Assembly: GCF_006345805.1 (NCBI RefSeq)
Contig: NC_042999.1
Span: 163,742,001-163,806,000, forward strand
Source of the DNA: Octopus sinensis
Lineage: Eukaryota
Length of the DNA stretch: 64,000 nucleotides
Reading direction: 5' to 3'
The notes beneath the pieces were generated by a model. It did not search any database. It saw only the letters and a list, made by a program, of their open reading frames with translations, and was not told the origin of the DNA. The position numbers were made by a program, and so were the translations under genes. Below, piece by piece: positions 11,113-22,859 of the stretch; position 1 is the stretch's first letter; every line of letters starts with the position of its first letter.

Positions 11113-11507
11113 TCTTTATATATAAGAGTGAAGTTGTGTGTCTGTCTCCTACGATTTAGATTCCTAACTACTCCCACATTTTGCGGTGCAGTGTAACCAA
11201 AACCGGGTATCTTATAGTCGTGAGTCATATCGAGCCCTTCTGGGTATTAGCGCGCGTCTACGATGAGTCTACGATTAAAAAAAATTTACCATCATATTTT
11301 TCCATTTTAATGCATTTTTGTCGCTATTATATAAGGGAAGTAACTCTCTAAAAATATCTACGATGTGTCAACGATTTAAAAAGAAATTTACCTTAATTTT
11401 TTTTCCATTTTTAATGCATTTTTTTCCTATTTTTTGGCTATAACTCTCTAAAAATGCTTATATAGTTATTTCCCTTACAAACCCGAGCAACGCCGGGCGA
11501 TACTGCT

Positions 11508-11509
<2 letters not shown>
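11113..11509 (+). mobile_element. Non-autonomous Helitron, 397 bp, intact termini
   Basis: A|TCTTTATATATAAG...GTGTGTCTGTC... CCCGAGCAACGCCGGG hairpin ...ACTGCTAG|T, inserted between A and T. Confidence 0.92.
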
Positions 11510-11538
<29 letters not shown>

Positions 11539-12232
11539 GCACGCACACACACAGACACACACACACACGCACATATATCAACCATAAAAAAGTCAGGGGA
11601 TATGAGAAATGAATTTATTCATTTAACCACTTGATATTCTTAGGGTTACTGTCATTTCGCAGCCTTAAACATGCAATAATAATTTCTGTGTATAATAAAT
11701 TATGTTTACGTGTCTGCTCTAATATGCATGCTATGCATATAGAAAATAAATAAATGCAAATTCTAAAGTAAGAAAGTCAGTCGCTGTCACCATGAATCTA
11801 ATTGTGTTATGCTACCACTGAGATAAAGCCTTTCAATTTTTTCAAAGTTAAAAGGTCAAAAAACCTCAAAATATTTTCTCAAAGAAAAGAAAGCAAGACT
11901 ATGCAATGGTATTATATAATGTGTAGCGTGAATATTAGTGCAGACATGTAAGCATAGCTTATTATACACTGAAATTATTATTACACTAGCAGAATTACCT
12001 GGCGTTACCCGGTTTAAAGAGAATAATGAAATTTTAAAACGCCGTCTAGATTACGCAGGTCTCAGCTGCTAGTAGCTGAGGTACCAACTTCCTATATCAA
12101 TAACTCTCTAACCCATACCAGCATGGAACACAGACGTTAAGGGAAATGTTAAAAGAAGGTTTTCAACTCTTATATGTGTATAAAGTAAATATATGTAATT
12201 CAAAAACACGTTTTGTGTAGCTTATTTTGTAA

Positions 12233-12940
12233 CTAAAAAAATAGGTACAGATTATAAACAATGAAAGGCCAATTTGGTGACTCATTTGACAGAGGTAATA
12301 GAGAGTCAGTCTGTTGATAAATCTGACCTTGACTCTTGAAAGTTTGCATGAATCCTGGGTCAGTTAAATCTTTTGTGGTTCCAAATGATGTCATCTGTAG
12401 TGCAGCGTTGTATTGTCTAATTTTGTTTTGGAAGTGCTTGAAATCTTGGTCAGTTGATGACAACAGTTTCTTCAATGGCTCTGGAGGCTGAAGGACTGCA
12501 GGGAGTTTAACCTTTCCACCACTGCAGCACAGTGCAGGTGTCTCTCTAGGCCACTTCCTTGCTTTACAATGTATACACTCGGTTGTCATTGCACCAATGG
12601 AAACTCTAGTGTTATCTGCATAATGAACTGCAGGATCATAGTTGAAAGCTGCTTCATAGAAGTTGCTTCTCTGAGCTGTTGCAACTGCTCTAAGTTCTGC
12701 AGAGGAGATCCTAATCCTTGTCAGCCGTGCGTACCTCTGTTCATCACTTTGAGAAGCTCTGGCTTTTGTAGTGCACAGTCTGCTCGTTTCTTGGTATGCT
12801 TCTTTTTCGGAAGCTGTCTCTCTTTCCCTGCACAGAGACATTCCTTTGGCTGACCCTGACATTGTAGACAAATTTGACACTTTCCTTCTAGGCATGGTTA
12901 CAGAAATACAGAATACACTGGTGCAGAAGATAGTAAACAA
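12233..12940 (-). pseudogene. Helitron RepHel N-terminal region (charged repeat region plus CxxC..CC zinc motif), truncated
   Basis: IGAMTTECIHCKARKWPRETPALCCSGGKVKLP...PPEPLKKLL...HFQNKIRQYNAALQMTSFG...FKSQGQIYQ, a typical Helitron N-terminal signature. Confidence 0.85.
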
Positions 12941-12984
12941 TGAAAATAACTGCGTAATGGAAATTATATTTCCTAAAACAACAG

Positions 12985-13280
12985 GCAGAAAGTAGATAAG
13001 AAATTTTTACAGAAAATAAAGTATTGAACGGTTTGAAGCGCAATTTGTCAGTGAACCAAAGAGCCAGTATCGAAGGAACTAGAAAAAAGCCGTAAACAAC
13101 AGAAAAACAAAACCGTTGTAAAAGTAAATAAGAAATTTTTTCAGAAAATAAAGTATTAAACGGTTTGTAGCGATATTTGTCAATGAACCAAAGAGCCAGT
13201 ATCGAAGGAACTAGAAAAAAGCCGTAAACAACAGAAAAACACAAAACTGTTGCAAAAGTAAATAAGAAATTTTTAGGGAA
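12985..13280. repeat. Tandem repeat, about 134 bp x 2.2, inside the Helitron
   Basis: AAGTA(G/A)ATAAGAAATTTTT recurs at about 12989, 13122 and 13256. GAACCAAAGAGCCAGTATCGAAGGAACTAGAAAAAAGCCGTAAACAACAG is duplicated. Confidence 0.85.
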
Positions 13281-14325
13281 ATTAACTAAGTGTACGGATT
13301 TAAGTGAAATTTTTTAAGTTACTTCTGTTAATAAATTATGAACTTGCTTTTATCAGTAATTCCGTCAAAAACAAAAAAAAAACAACAAAAAAACAACAAC
13401 AAAAAAAACAAAGCAAAAAGAAGCACAAATTGATCCATAAGTAAATAAGAAATTTGTAAGCAAATTTAATGAAGTGTACGGATTGAAGTGAAATTTATGA
13501 AGTTTCTTCTATCAGTAAATTACGTATGAAATTACTTTCATCATTAATTGTGAACTTCTTTCTGTCAGTAAATTGTCGTTGTTATTTGTAAATAGCGATT
13601 AAAAACTTACAGTGAAAACAATAGCGATTGAACTTAAAGTGAAAACAATAGCGTCTGAAAAATGAAAGTGAAAACAATAGAGAGTAAGTGAGATATAGAG
13701 AGAGGGAGAGAGAGAGCTAGCTAGTTAGACAAATAAAATAGATATAGATAGATAAGATATAGACAGATAAAGGCAGAGAGACAGATAGATAAAGAGATGG
13801 ATAGAGAAATGGATAGAGAAATATAAACGTCACTGACGCAAGAAAACCGGAACTAAATATTTAAAAAAACCTTTCAAAGATGGGAATCTAATATAAAAAG
13901 CAATATTTTTATTGTTTTTTATGACCAATGGATGTAAGGGAGAAATCAATTTCTGAAAGTTACTTTGTAAAGATTTCCCTCCTTTCTCCACATAACCCAG
14001 GAACGTGTATTTTCTGCCCCCAGTGGGCCCGTTACTCATTATGTAAAAAAATTTAAGAGTCTAAAACCATCCCTGGAACATATGTAATATATTTCCAGTT
14101 TGGAGAAAATCAGTTGAAAAATACGGCTGTTATAATCTTTTACACAGACAGACAGACAGACAGACAGACACACACACACACACACACTCAGAACAGAATT
14201 TATATTACAGATGATGAAAGCTGCGAAATCGTCGTAATCCTAAGGATAATAAGTGGTTAAATATTTTCATTTCTTTTATATCCTACCTAATTATGGTTTA
14301 CACACACACACGCACACACACACAT

Positions 14326-14363
<38 letters not shown>

Positions 14364-15199
14364 GAGTCTAGTTATTTCTTTTTTTTTTAATTTTAAAAAA
14401 GACGCCAAAAGTAATAGGAGTTGCAGAAGCAATAAAAGATCGAAGAAAATGCAATACTATATCTAGTTTTATTCACGTGTTTTTAGAGTTCAAAAAGGGT
14501 CAGGAATATAAGTATGAGATATCTATTCAATTCTGAATACGTTACCTCAGGAATCTGGTTCTTGTATACAAAGAAGAAGGCAAATAGGTATTTCGAATAA
14601 ACCTTAAGATAAACAACACTGAATATTGCTGGAAACTACAGGTAAGATGGCGGCGGCGAGGGTTCAAGAATTCCTTCTTTTTCGATAAAGTTCTGTATTT
14701 AAATCCTAGATATTTCCTTTCCTCTCTTATCTTTCGATTTTGTACAGAAGAAAGAAATGAACAGGAGAAACAAATATCTCAAAAGATTTAGAGACCTGCA
14801 GGAAAGTTCAAACACATCACTTACACATACACTTATATACAAAGTACATACACATAAAACACACGCACATACATATATACACGGAAGCAAAGGTCTGGAA
14901 AAAAAGTTTCGAAAATTGTATTGCAACCTAAATCAATAACCTCAACATCAAGCACGAATGATAAAATGGTTAAATAAAAATATATAGATTTGCTAATCGA
15001 AACGATATAAAAATTGGGGAGCGAAAATAAAATATTTGTTTTCTTAGCAGCTTCAGTGAACTAGAATTTTATATAGACGAACATCGCATATTTAATAAAA
15101 TATTTAATATTAATAAAATGTATTATTAGTAGTATTTTGTATCGTTATAAATATGAAATTAAAAACTCTAATAAAAATTCTCATACAAAACAAATAAAT

Positions 15200-15355
15200 A
15201 AGGGAAACAGAGTTCGATTACTAATTTTATCGATCTTGAAAAGATGAAAGACAAAATCGACCTCGGTGGATTTTGAGCTTAGTACGTAAAACCGGAAGAA
15301 CTGCCGCTAAGCATTTTACCCGGCGTACTAACAATTCTGTTAGCTCACTGCCTTT
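15200..15355 (-). mobile_element. SINE family B, degenerate
   Basis: Homologous to 783-965 (AAGATGAAAGACAAAATCGACCTCGG...CCGCTAAGCATTTTACCCGGCGTACTAAC). Confidence 0.7.
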
Positions 15356-15629
15356 AATGATTGCTTCTAACATGGTACTAAGCCTGAAATTTGGAGGAAG
15401 AGAATAGGCGATCATATTGACACCACTACGTACTAGTACTTGGCTCGGGAATGATGGAAGTTGGATTCAGAATGTAAAGAATTACAAGGCACACATTTGA
15501 CGCTATATCAGGCTCCAAATTTCCCAGCTGAAAGCGGAATTATAATCTGAAGTATAACACGAAGCCTCATTGCCGCATGTTGAGAAGGTTTGATGAGCCT
15601 ACCAACTATAAAGGAGCTTCGTGCATCGC

Positions 15630-16611
15630 ACAGGTGGCGTCAGAATACACTAGGAGATATTATGCGGTTGCTACACGCTTGATATGCAAGGATATTCGTA
15701 CCTAAATTACAGAAAAATATTATAAAAATGCTCCATATACTGTAATAGACAATGAAAACGATGCGATTCAATGGTATATGCAAGCAGGTTTAGACATGAA
15801 AATAAGAATGAGCCAACCGGGAATAAAAGACAAGAAACTCAAGGCTTGTGAAATAATTGACATGTCTTTCCTAAATGACTATAATATCTCGGTAAAAAAG
15901 ATTGACTGTCTCTCCAAATACAAAGACCTGGTCATTGAAATGGTGAGAATGTTGAATATGGGTACAAGAGGTCTCAGTCATGCACTAGGAATTGTGTAGC
16001 TTGGTGTAGAATAAAAATAAAATCATAATATTGCTTGGAAGACATTTAAGAGTCGTAATCCAAATGTGGTCATGTTCTGCGTAAAGCGCTATCAATAAAG
16101 AAAGGAAAAGAAAGCCTTACAAGTAATCTATACTAATTTACAGCGGCAGAAAGAATCCCGTAAAGTAGAATGTATGTAACCTTAGGGTATGAGTGACATT
16201 CACATACAAGCACACACGTGCGCTCCCGCAAGCACACATTCAATAGACTTACACCCAATAATGATATATAGAAAAGAGATGGTATAAATAAGCACCAGGA
16301 AAGATTTCAGAGGATGATAAACGACCCTGCCATGGGGTATGGCAATTCATTCAGATAAGGAAATCCAAATTAAACAACAGGATATTGTTGCTAATAGCAA
16401 TCAGAAAAAGAAGTGTCCCTGCTCGAAGTATTAGTTCAAACAGATGATTATGTATTTCCAAAATAAATGGAGATCTATCAAAAGACATAAATATTCATAG
16501 AAGAAGGTGGTGGCTGAAAACAAACGATCTCTGTAATGATAGGTGTACTAGGAATGATTAAGAAAGTGTAGAAAAATACATAAGCAAAACTTCAGGACAC
16601 ACACACACGCA

Positions 16612-16686
<75 letters not shown>

Positions 16687-17580
16687 CTGCTTTCAACCTC
16701 CACCTTCTATGAATATTTATGTATTTTGATAGATTTCCATTTATTTTGGAAATACATAATCATCTGTTTGAACTAATACTTCGAGCAGGGACACTTCTTT
16801 TTCTGATTGCTATTAGCAACAATATCCTTGTTGTTAATTGGATTTCCTTATCTGAATGAATTGCCATACCCATGGCAGGGTCGTTTTATCATCCTCTGAA
16901 ATCTTTCCTGGTGCTTATTTATACATCTATTTTCTATAATCATTATTGGTTGTAAGTCTATTGAATGTGTGTTTGCGGGAGGAGCGCACGTGTGTGCTTG
17001 TATGTGAATGTCACTCATACCTAAGGTTACATACATTCTACTTTACGGGATTCTTTCGCCGCTGTAAATTAGTATAGATTACTTGTAGGCTTTCTTTTCC
17101 TTTCTTTATTGATAGCGCTTTACGAGCAGAACATGACCACATTTGGATTACGACTTAAATGTCTTCCAAGCAATATTATTGATTTTATTTTTATTCTCAA
17201 CAAGCTTACACAATTCCTAGTGCATGACTGAGACCTCTTGTACCCATATATCAACATTCTCACCATTTCAATGACCAGGTCTTTGTATTTGGAGAGACAG
17301 TCAATCTTTTTTTACCGAGATATTATAGTCATTTAGGAAAGACATGTCAATTATTCACAAGCCTTGAGTTTCTTGTCTTTTATTCCCGGTTGGCTCATTC
17401 TTATTTTCATGTCTAAACCTGCTTGCATATACCATTGAATCGCATCGTTTTCATTGTCTATTACAGTATCTGGAGCATTTTTATAATATTTTTCTGAATT
17501 TAGGTACGAATATTCCCTTGCATATCAAGCGGCGTGTAGCAACCGCATAATATCTCCTAGTGTATTCTGACGCCACCTGT
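15630..17580. repeat. Large inverted duplication (arms about 900 bp, spacer about 150 bp)
   Basis: 15630-16526 is the reverse complement of 16681-17580 at high identity, with many small indels. The spacer contains (CA)n. Confidence 0.92.
15790..16000 (+). pseudogene. Degenerate non-LTR retrotransposon fragment, restriction-like endonuclease region (R2/R4-group-like); mirrored at about 17215-17420
   Basis: IKDKKLKACEIIDMSFLNDYNISVKKIDCLSKYKDLVIEMVRM...ALG resembles the PD..D / K..KY.DL..EI..MW...VGALG motif. A second piece at about 16440-16595 reads ..IGVLGMIKK.. Confidence 0.55.
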
Positions 17581-17652
17581 CATATATATGATATATATAT
17601 ATATATATATATAATGACTATATATATAATATATATATAGAATATATTACAT

Positions 17653-17684
<32 letters not shown>

Positions 17685-17690
17685 TGTTAT

Positions 17691-18715
17691 CAAATTTAGG
17701 TTAGTTGAAATATGTTTGTCAATATTTCAACTGTTAAGAGGCGAATACACTGTAGTTACCGTGGGGAATATATCTGTCTTATGGTAAAAAAGTCTGAAAA
17801 CAACCGGTTCGTTCAGTGTTGCCATCTATTAGGAATCCCAGACATCGATGTTTCAAGCCTCTTGGCTCTTGTCAATGAGATGTACCTAAGGGAGGCAACT
17901 TTGAACGAACTCCAGCACCACTGAACGAACTAAAGCAATAGCTTTAGTATAATTCAATCAACGACGTTGAATTTTGCTAGTAGACCGCCCGATCGAGGAA
18001 AATAACGAAATGTTACCTCTAAGCAGTGTTTAGGCGTAAGCAAAATTTAGGTTAGCTGAAATATGTTTGCGACATATTTCAACTACTAAAAGGCAAATGC
18101 ACAGCTGGTAGCGAGGAGAATATATCTTTCTTATGGTAAAAACGTGTGAAAACACCCGTTTCGTTCAGTGTCGCCATCTATTAGGAATCCCAGACATCGA
18201 TGCTTCAAACTTCTTGGCTCTTGTCACACATTTTTCACGCCTTTTTACCATAAGAGAGATATAGTCTTCATGGTAACTGCAGTGTATTAGCAGTTGAAAT
18301 ATGTCACAAACGTATTTGAACTAACCTAAATTTTGCTTGAGCCTAAACAGTGCTCAGCGGTAACGTTTCGTTTTCTTCCTCAATCGGGCGATCTAATAGC
18401 GCAAATCATTTAACGTTCTTGACTGAATTATACGTAAAGCTATTGCTTTATAAGTTCGTTCAGAGTTGTCTCTCTTAAATACATCTCATTGACAAGGGCT
18501 AAGAAGCTTGAAGCATCGACGTTTGGGATTCCTAATAGATGGCAACACTGAACGAACCAGGTGTTTTCATACCTTTCTACCATAAGAGATATATATTCTC
18601 CACGGCAACTGCAGTACTTTTGTCTTTTAGCAGTTGAAATATGTGATAAACATATTTCAACAAACCTAAATTTTGCTTACGCCTAAGCACTGCAAAGCGC
18701 TAACATTTCGTTATA
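17691..18715. repeat. Palindromic array of a unit of about 350 bp (about 1.5 units forward, about 1.4 units reverse)
   Basis: AAATTTAGGTTAG at 17692 and 18043, with reverse complements at about 18325 and 18665. The inversion centre is near 18229. Confidence 0.85.
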
Positions 18716-19101
18716 TATGTTGTTATATTTCGGGATTGTCATTTGTTTTGCCAAATAAACACACTCACTATATATTCATTCTCCATTCGTTTATTACTCT
18801 TCTTATTTTATCTCATGTTCATTGTCTGCAAATATTTCATCACACATCTGTGACCTCTTCAGCGACCCTTTCCATTTACATGTTCCATCCTGTTCTATTT
18901 AGTCCATTCTGTCGAAAGATTTCCAGACAATGGACATAAGATAAAATATGAAGAATTATAAACGAGTGAAGAACGAATATATAGTGCCTCTGATTATTTG
19001 GCAAGAAAAAAACTGACCTTCCTGAAATATAACAATATCCGTTTCAACACACAATTTCACAACAGGAATCTTGTAAAGCAAAATTCATAAACGTATATAT
19101 A

Positions 19102-20434
19102 CGAGGGGCGTTCAATAAGTAATGCCTCTGACCCACTTGCCTTTGTTTGATCTAGCTGAAATTTTGCATGTGTAATCATTTATATCTCTATAGATTAAGT
19201 GGCAAATTACAGCTCCGAACTAATTGTGGTTTCTGATTTACAGGTGTTTGAACCGAGTCAAGTGTGACATGGAGCATGTTGAGTGTCGAGCAGTGATCCG
19301 GTTTTTGTATTTGAAATGACGCACACCACAGGAGACTTTTAATGAAATGAAAGTAACTTATGGTGATGATGCCCCATCATATGACCTTGTAAAACGCTGG
19401 CATCGTGAATTCAAACATGATCGGAACTCTGTGGAAACAGCTCCCAGATCTGGTCGCACCCCTTCTGCCATTGATGAGGCATATATATACATATATATGA
19501 CTATGTATTTCCAAAATAAATGGAAATCTATCAAAATACATCAAGTTGAGGCTGCCATTTTGGAAGATCGACGCATAACTATTCGCCAAATAGCCCATGA
19601 GGTCAAGATTAGTACCGGGTCTGTGGAAACTATCATTCATGACCATTTGCATATGCAAAAGGTGTCTTCCAGATGGATTTCCAGGTTGCTCACACCTTTC
19701 CAGAAGCAAGAACGCAAGAATTCCAGAAGCAAGAATTTAGGGATGTGCCAAGAAGATGAGTCAAAAGACTGATTACACAGGATGAGACCTGGGTCCATCA
19801 CTATGATTCAGAGACCAAAGCCCAGTCAATGCAGTGGAAGCACCATGATTCACCTCCTCCAAAGAAGGCAAGGGTGCAGCCCTCCGCTGGCAAGGTCATG
19901 CTTACAGTCTTCTGGGACCAGGACGGAGTAGTGATGACAGATTTCCTGGCAAAGGGTACCACAATTACAGGAGCCTATCATGTTTCACTTTTGAGGAAAT
20001 TAAGAGAGGCTATCGAAACCAAGAGGCGGGGCAAGATCAGCAAAGGCATCCTCCTCCTGCAGGACAACGCTCCGGTCCACAACTCGCGTGTCGCCAGATC
20101 AGAAGCACAGGCGTGCGGCTATGAACTCTTCCCCCATCCCCCTACTCTCCTGACCTTGCACCCTCTGATTTTCACCTCTTCCCAGCCATGAAGTTGTTTT
20201 TGAAAGGAAAGCGTTTCCCAGATGATGCAGCCTTGATTTCTGAAGTCACGTCGTGGTTGGAGGACCATGCTGGGATCTTCTACGAAAACGGTCTCCAGAA
20301 CTGCATCAAACAATGGGAGAAATGCGTACCTCTGGGTTGTTCCTATGTAGAAAAAGACTAATACCTGTGCCAAGTTTCGTTGCTCTACTTCTATGGGAAG
20401 TGGGTCAGGGGCATTACTTATTGAACGCCCCTCG
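19102..20434 (+). mobile_element. Full-length defective mariner (irritans-like), 1333 bp
   Basis: TA|CGAGGGGCGTTCAATAAGTAATGC ... GCATTACTTATTGAACGCCCCTCG|TA TIRs. Transposase MEHVECRAVIR...WISRLL...QDE...QDN...DFHLF carries a stop, a deletion and an insertion. Confidence 0.95.
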
Positions 20435-20550
20435 TATATATATTGCGTTGGCAACTAAGTTACCGCCATTTTTTTGAATTTTGGAATTTATTGCGTTTTT
20501 AAATTTTGGAATCTATTTTTTTCCAGAATACTATTTTTGAATTATTTTGG

Positions 20551-20632
<82 letters not shown>

Positions 20633-20637
20633 CCCCC

Positions 20638-20670
<33 letters not shown>

Positions 20671-20760
20671 GATATATATATATATATGAAAATCAACCTG
20701 TTACTCAATAAATGCAACTCTAATACACGATGCGTGTTGTTACTTCCTTTCATTTATTTA

Positions 20761-20798
<38 letters not shown>

Positions 20799-20824
20799 AT
20801 GCTTATTTCCAAATTGATATTCTA

Positions 20825-21090
20825 AAATATACCTTTCAGAAGTTTCAATTATTCCTTTGTGTATTTTAACTTTCCCCGCTGATCCTTTCCTTTTTTCTTT
20901 TTGGCTTAACCTTGTTTACTATTCCTTTACAATACCAGCGTCTGCACCAGAATATTAATGTATTAATGTAATTATTTCATTGCCTTCATCATTAATTATC
21001 TCATCTAATATTATATTATCCTATCTGATGAAAATTTCTTTAATTTGTAACATAATGTCGTCTTTAGCATTTATTATCTACTCTTTATGG
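20825..21090 (+). repeat. Repeat of about 270 bp (possible PLE terminal repeat), direct copy at 23605-23860
   Basis: Shared TTTTTGGCTTAAC(C/T)TTGTTTACTAT...ATACCAGCGTCTG(C/T)ACCA...TCTCATCTAATATTATATT...ATCTGATGAAA...TCTTTAGCATTTA. Roughly 80% identity by eye. Confidence 0.75.
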
Positions 21091-21663
21091 CTTCGCCAAA
21101 TTAATTATTGCTATCGATCTGGTATAACATCTTATTGTTTTCCGTGGTTGTTTTGTCACTCGGTTAGTAGAATCTATCAGTTCCGTTTCTTCGTTATTAT
21201 CCGCCGGCTCCATTATTATTTTGCAAACTGAATACTTTTTCCCATTTGCTAATAAATTTGTATTTTATTTTTTCCATCTTCCTATTATGTGTTAATATTT
21301 ATATCCCCTACAGTTAGGAATCAATATTAAGTATATTCTATGAATAAATCCCGTATATCTCTTTAAGGTGTACGTTACTCCATTCAGTTACAGTTAGATG
21401 GAATGAATATTACAAGTTTAGTGCACACTTCATACATATAAACCCCCTTTCTCTATTTATATTGTTACTAATGTTGACTTAGCGTGGTCTCCATCTAAAC
21501 AAAATATAGCGACGTTTCAGACTTCAATATCTGACCGGTGTTCCAAGCTGTGCTCAAATATAGAGTAAATCATTTCAAAGATTCAACACTTAAACCAACA
21601 TGCGTACTCAGACACAGATTTTGCCATATTGTGAAGATGAACAACGATCACAAGCCATATCTG

Positions 21664-21748
<85 letters not shown>

Positions 21749-21789
21749 TGTTAGTAGTGTTATGGGCTGTGATGGAGCTATGTGGTGTT

Positions 21790-21986
21790 GGTGTAGGGGA
21801 TTGCAGATGAGGTAGACGGAAGTAAGGCTTGCAGGGGCCGGCGGAAGAGTGAAAGGGGTACGTGTGGGCAGGAAGCACGTGTGATCAGGAAGCACGTGTG
21901 GGCAGTTCGAGCAAAGACGGCGCAGAGACAAGACGTGTTTAATTCGTGAAAGTGACCGCTGATTTCGCCGAGGTCAACAGGTAAGG
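21790..21986 (+). promoter_or_regulatory. GC-rich promoter/first-exon-like island (unverified)
   Basis: A 17-bp tandem (CGTGTGNNCAGGAAGCA x2.6) gives two CACGTG boxes and GGAAG motifs, followed by CAACAG|GTAAGG at 21980/21981. Confidence 0.25.
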
Positions 21987-22219
21987 CCCTTTTGTATTTC
22001 TTTCTCCCGTTTGATTCTTCTTTCTGTTGTCCTTTTCCTCCATCACACTACAATATATATTACTTTATCCCCTCCTATCCTTCTCTTTTTCCCCCTCTTT
22101 TCCTCTCGCTCTTTCTTTCTTTGTTATACTAACTTGTGTATTAAGAATATTTGAAGTTCAAGTTTGACTTTTGGTTTTTCATAAATAGAAGAATCTCAAG
22201 AAGTGAAATAACATATGAG

Positions 22220-22440
22220 GGCGTGCTGTCTCTGAGCAAGTCACTTTATTTAATGTTGCTCCTATCCACTCAGCTGCCAAAAATGAGTAGTATCTGTATC
22301 ACAAAGGGCCAGCCTTGTCACACACTGTGTCTCGCTGAATCTTCCCGAGAACTACGTTAAGGGTACAGGTGTCAGTGAAGTGCTCAGCCACCTGCACGTT
22401 AATTTCACGAGCAAGCTGTTCCGTGCTACAGATAAACCAG
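22220..22440 (+). mobile_element. CORE-like SINE fragment
   Basis: CTGAGCAAGTCACTTTATTTAATGTTGCTCCTATCCACTCAGCTGCCAAAAATGAG resembles the CORE domain of MIR-type SINEs. Recognised from memory; no second copy in the window. Confidence 0.5.
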
Positions 22441-22706
22441 TGAAAGAAATTCAATCCACACACATTTACAGACACATATACATTCCCATGCACACACACA
22501 CACATACATTCCCATACACACACACACACATACTTTCCCATACACACACACATACTCCCATACATGCACATAAACATACATAAGTATATACGTAGACAGG
22601 AAAGCGCATCCACACATACGTACACATTCATCACATTTTAAAACACGTTCTTCTGTTGCCAGTAAATTTTGATTGAACTTTACGTCTTCTTTTCTCTATG
22701 CATTTC

Positions 22707-22748
<42 letters not shown>

Positions 22749-22859
22749 ATATATATACATATATACGCGTGTATCTATACATGTGCACACACACGTACAC
22801 ACTCATACACACACACATTCACACACATATATACAAATGATTACAAAATTTTGCGTGTA

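Larger units (their letters stand above)
11986..14211 (-). mobile_element. Internally deleted Helitron, about 2.2 kb
   Basis: Minus strand A|TCTGTAATATAAATTC..(GT)n(GTCT)n... ends CCGGGTAACGCCAGG hairpin + TAATTCTGCTAG|T. Contains the N-terminus of RepHel. Confidence 0.88.

Noticed and set aside
14551-14641. AG/GT-bounded exon candidate
   Set aside because: All three frames contain stops. It could only be non-coding, and nothing else supports it.
19102-20434. Autonomous, active transposase
   Set aside because: There is an early TGA, a deletion with frameshift near 19765 and a further frameshift near the C-terminus. No element in the window has an intact full-length ORF.
21495-21550. Minus-strand hairpin followed by GAAACGTC
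   Set aside because: No CUGANGA core upstream. At best a remnant that cannot be supported.
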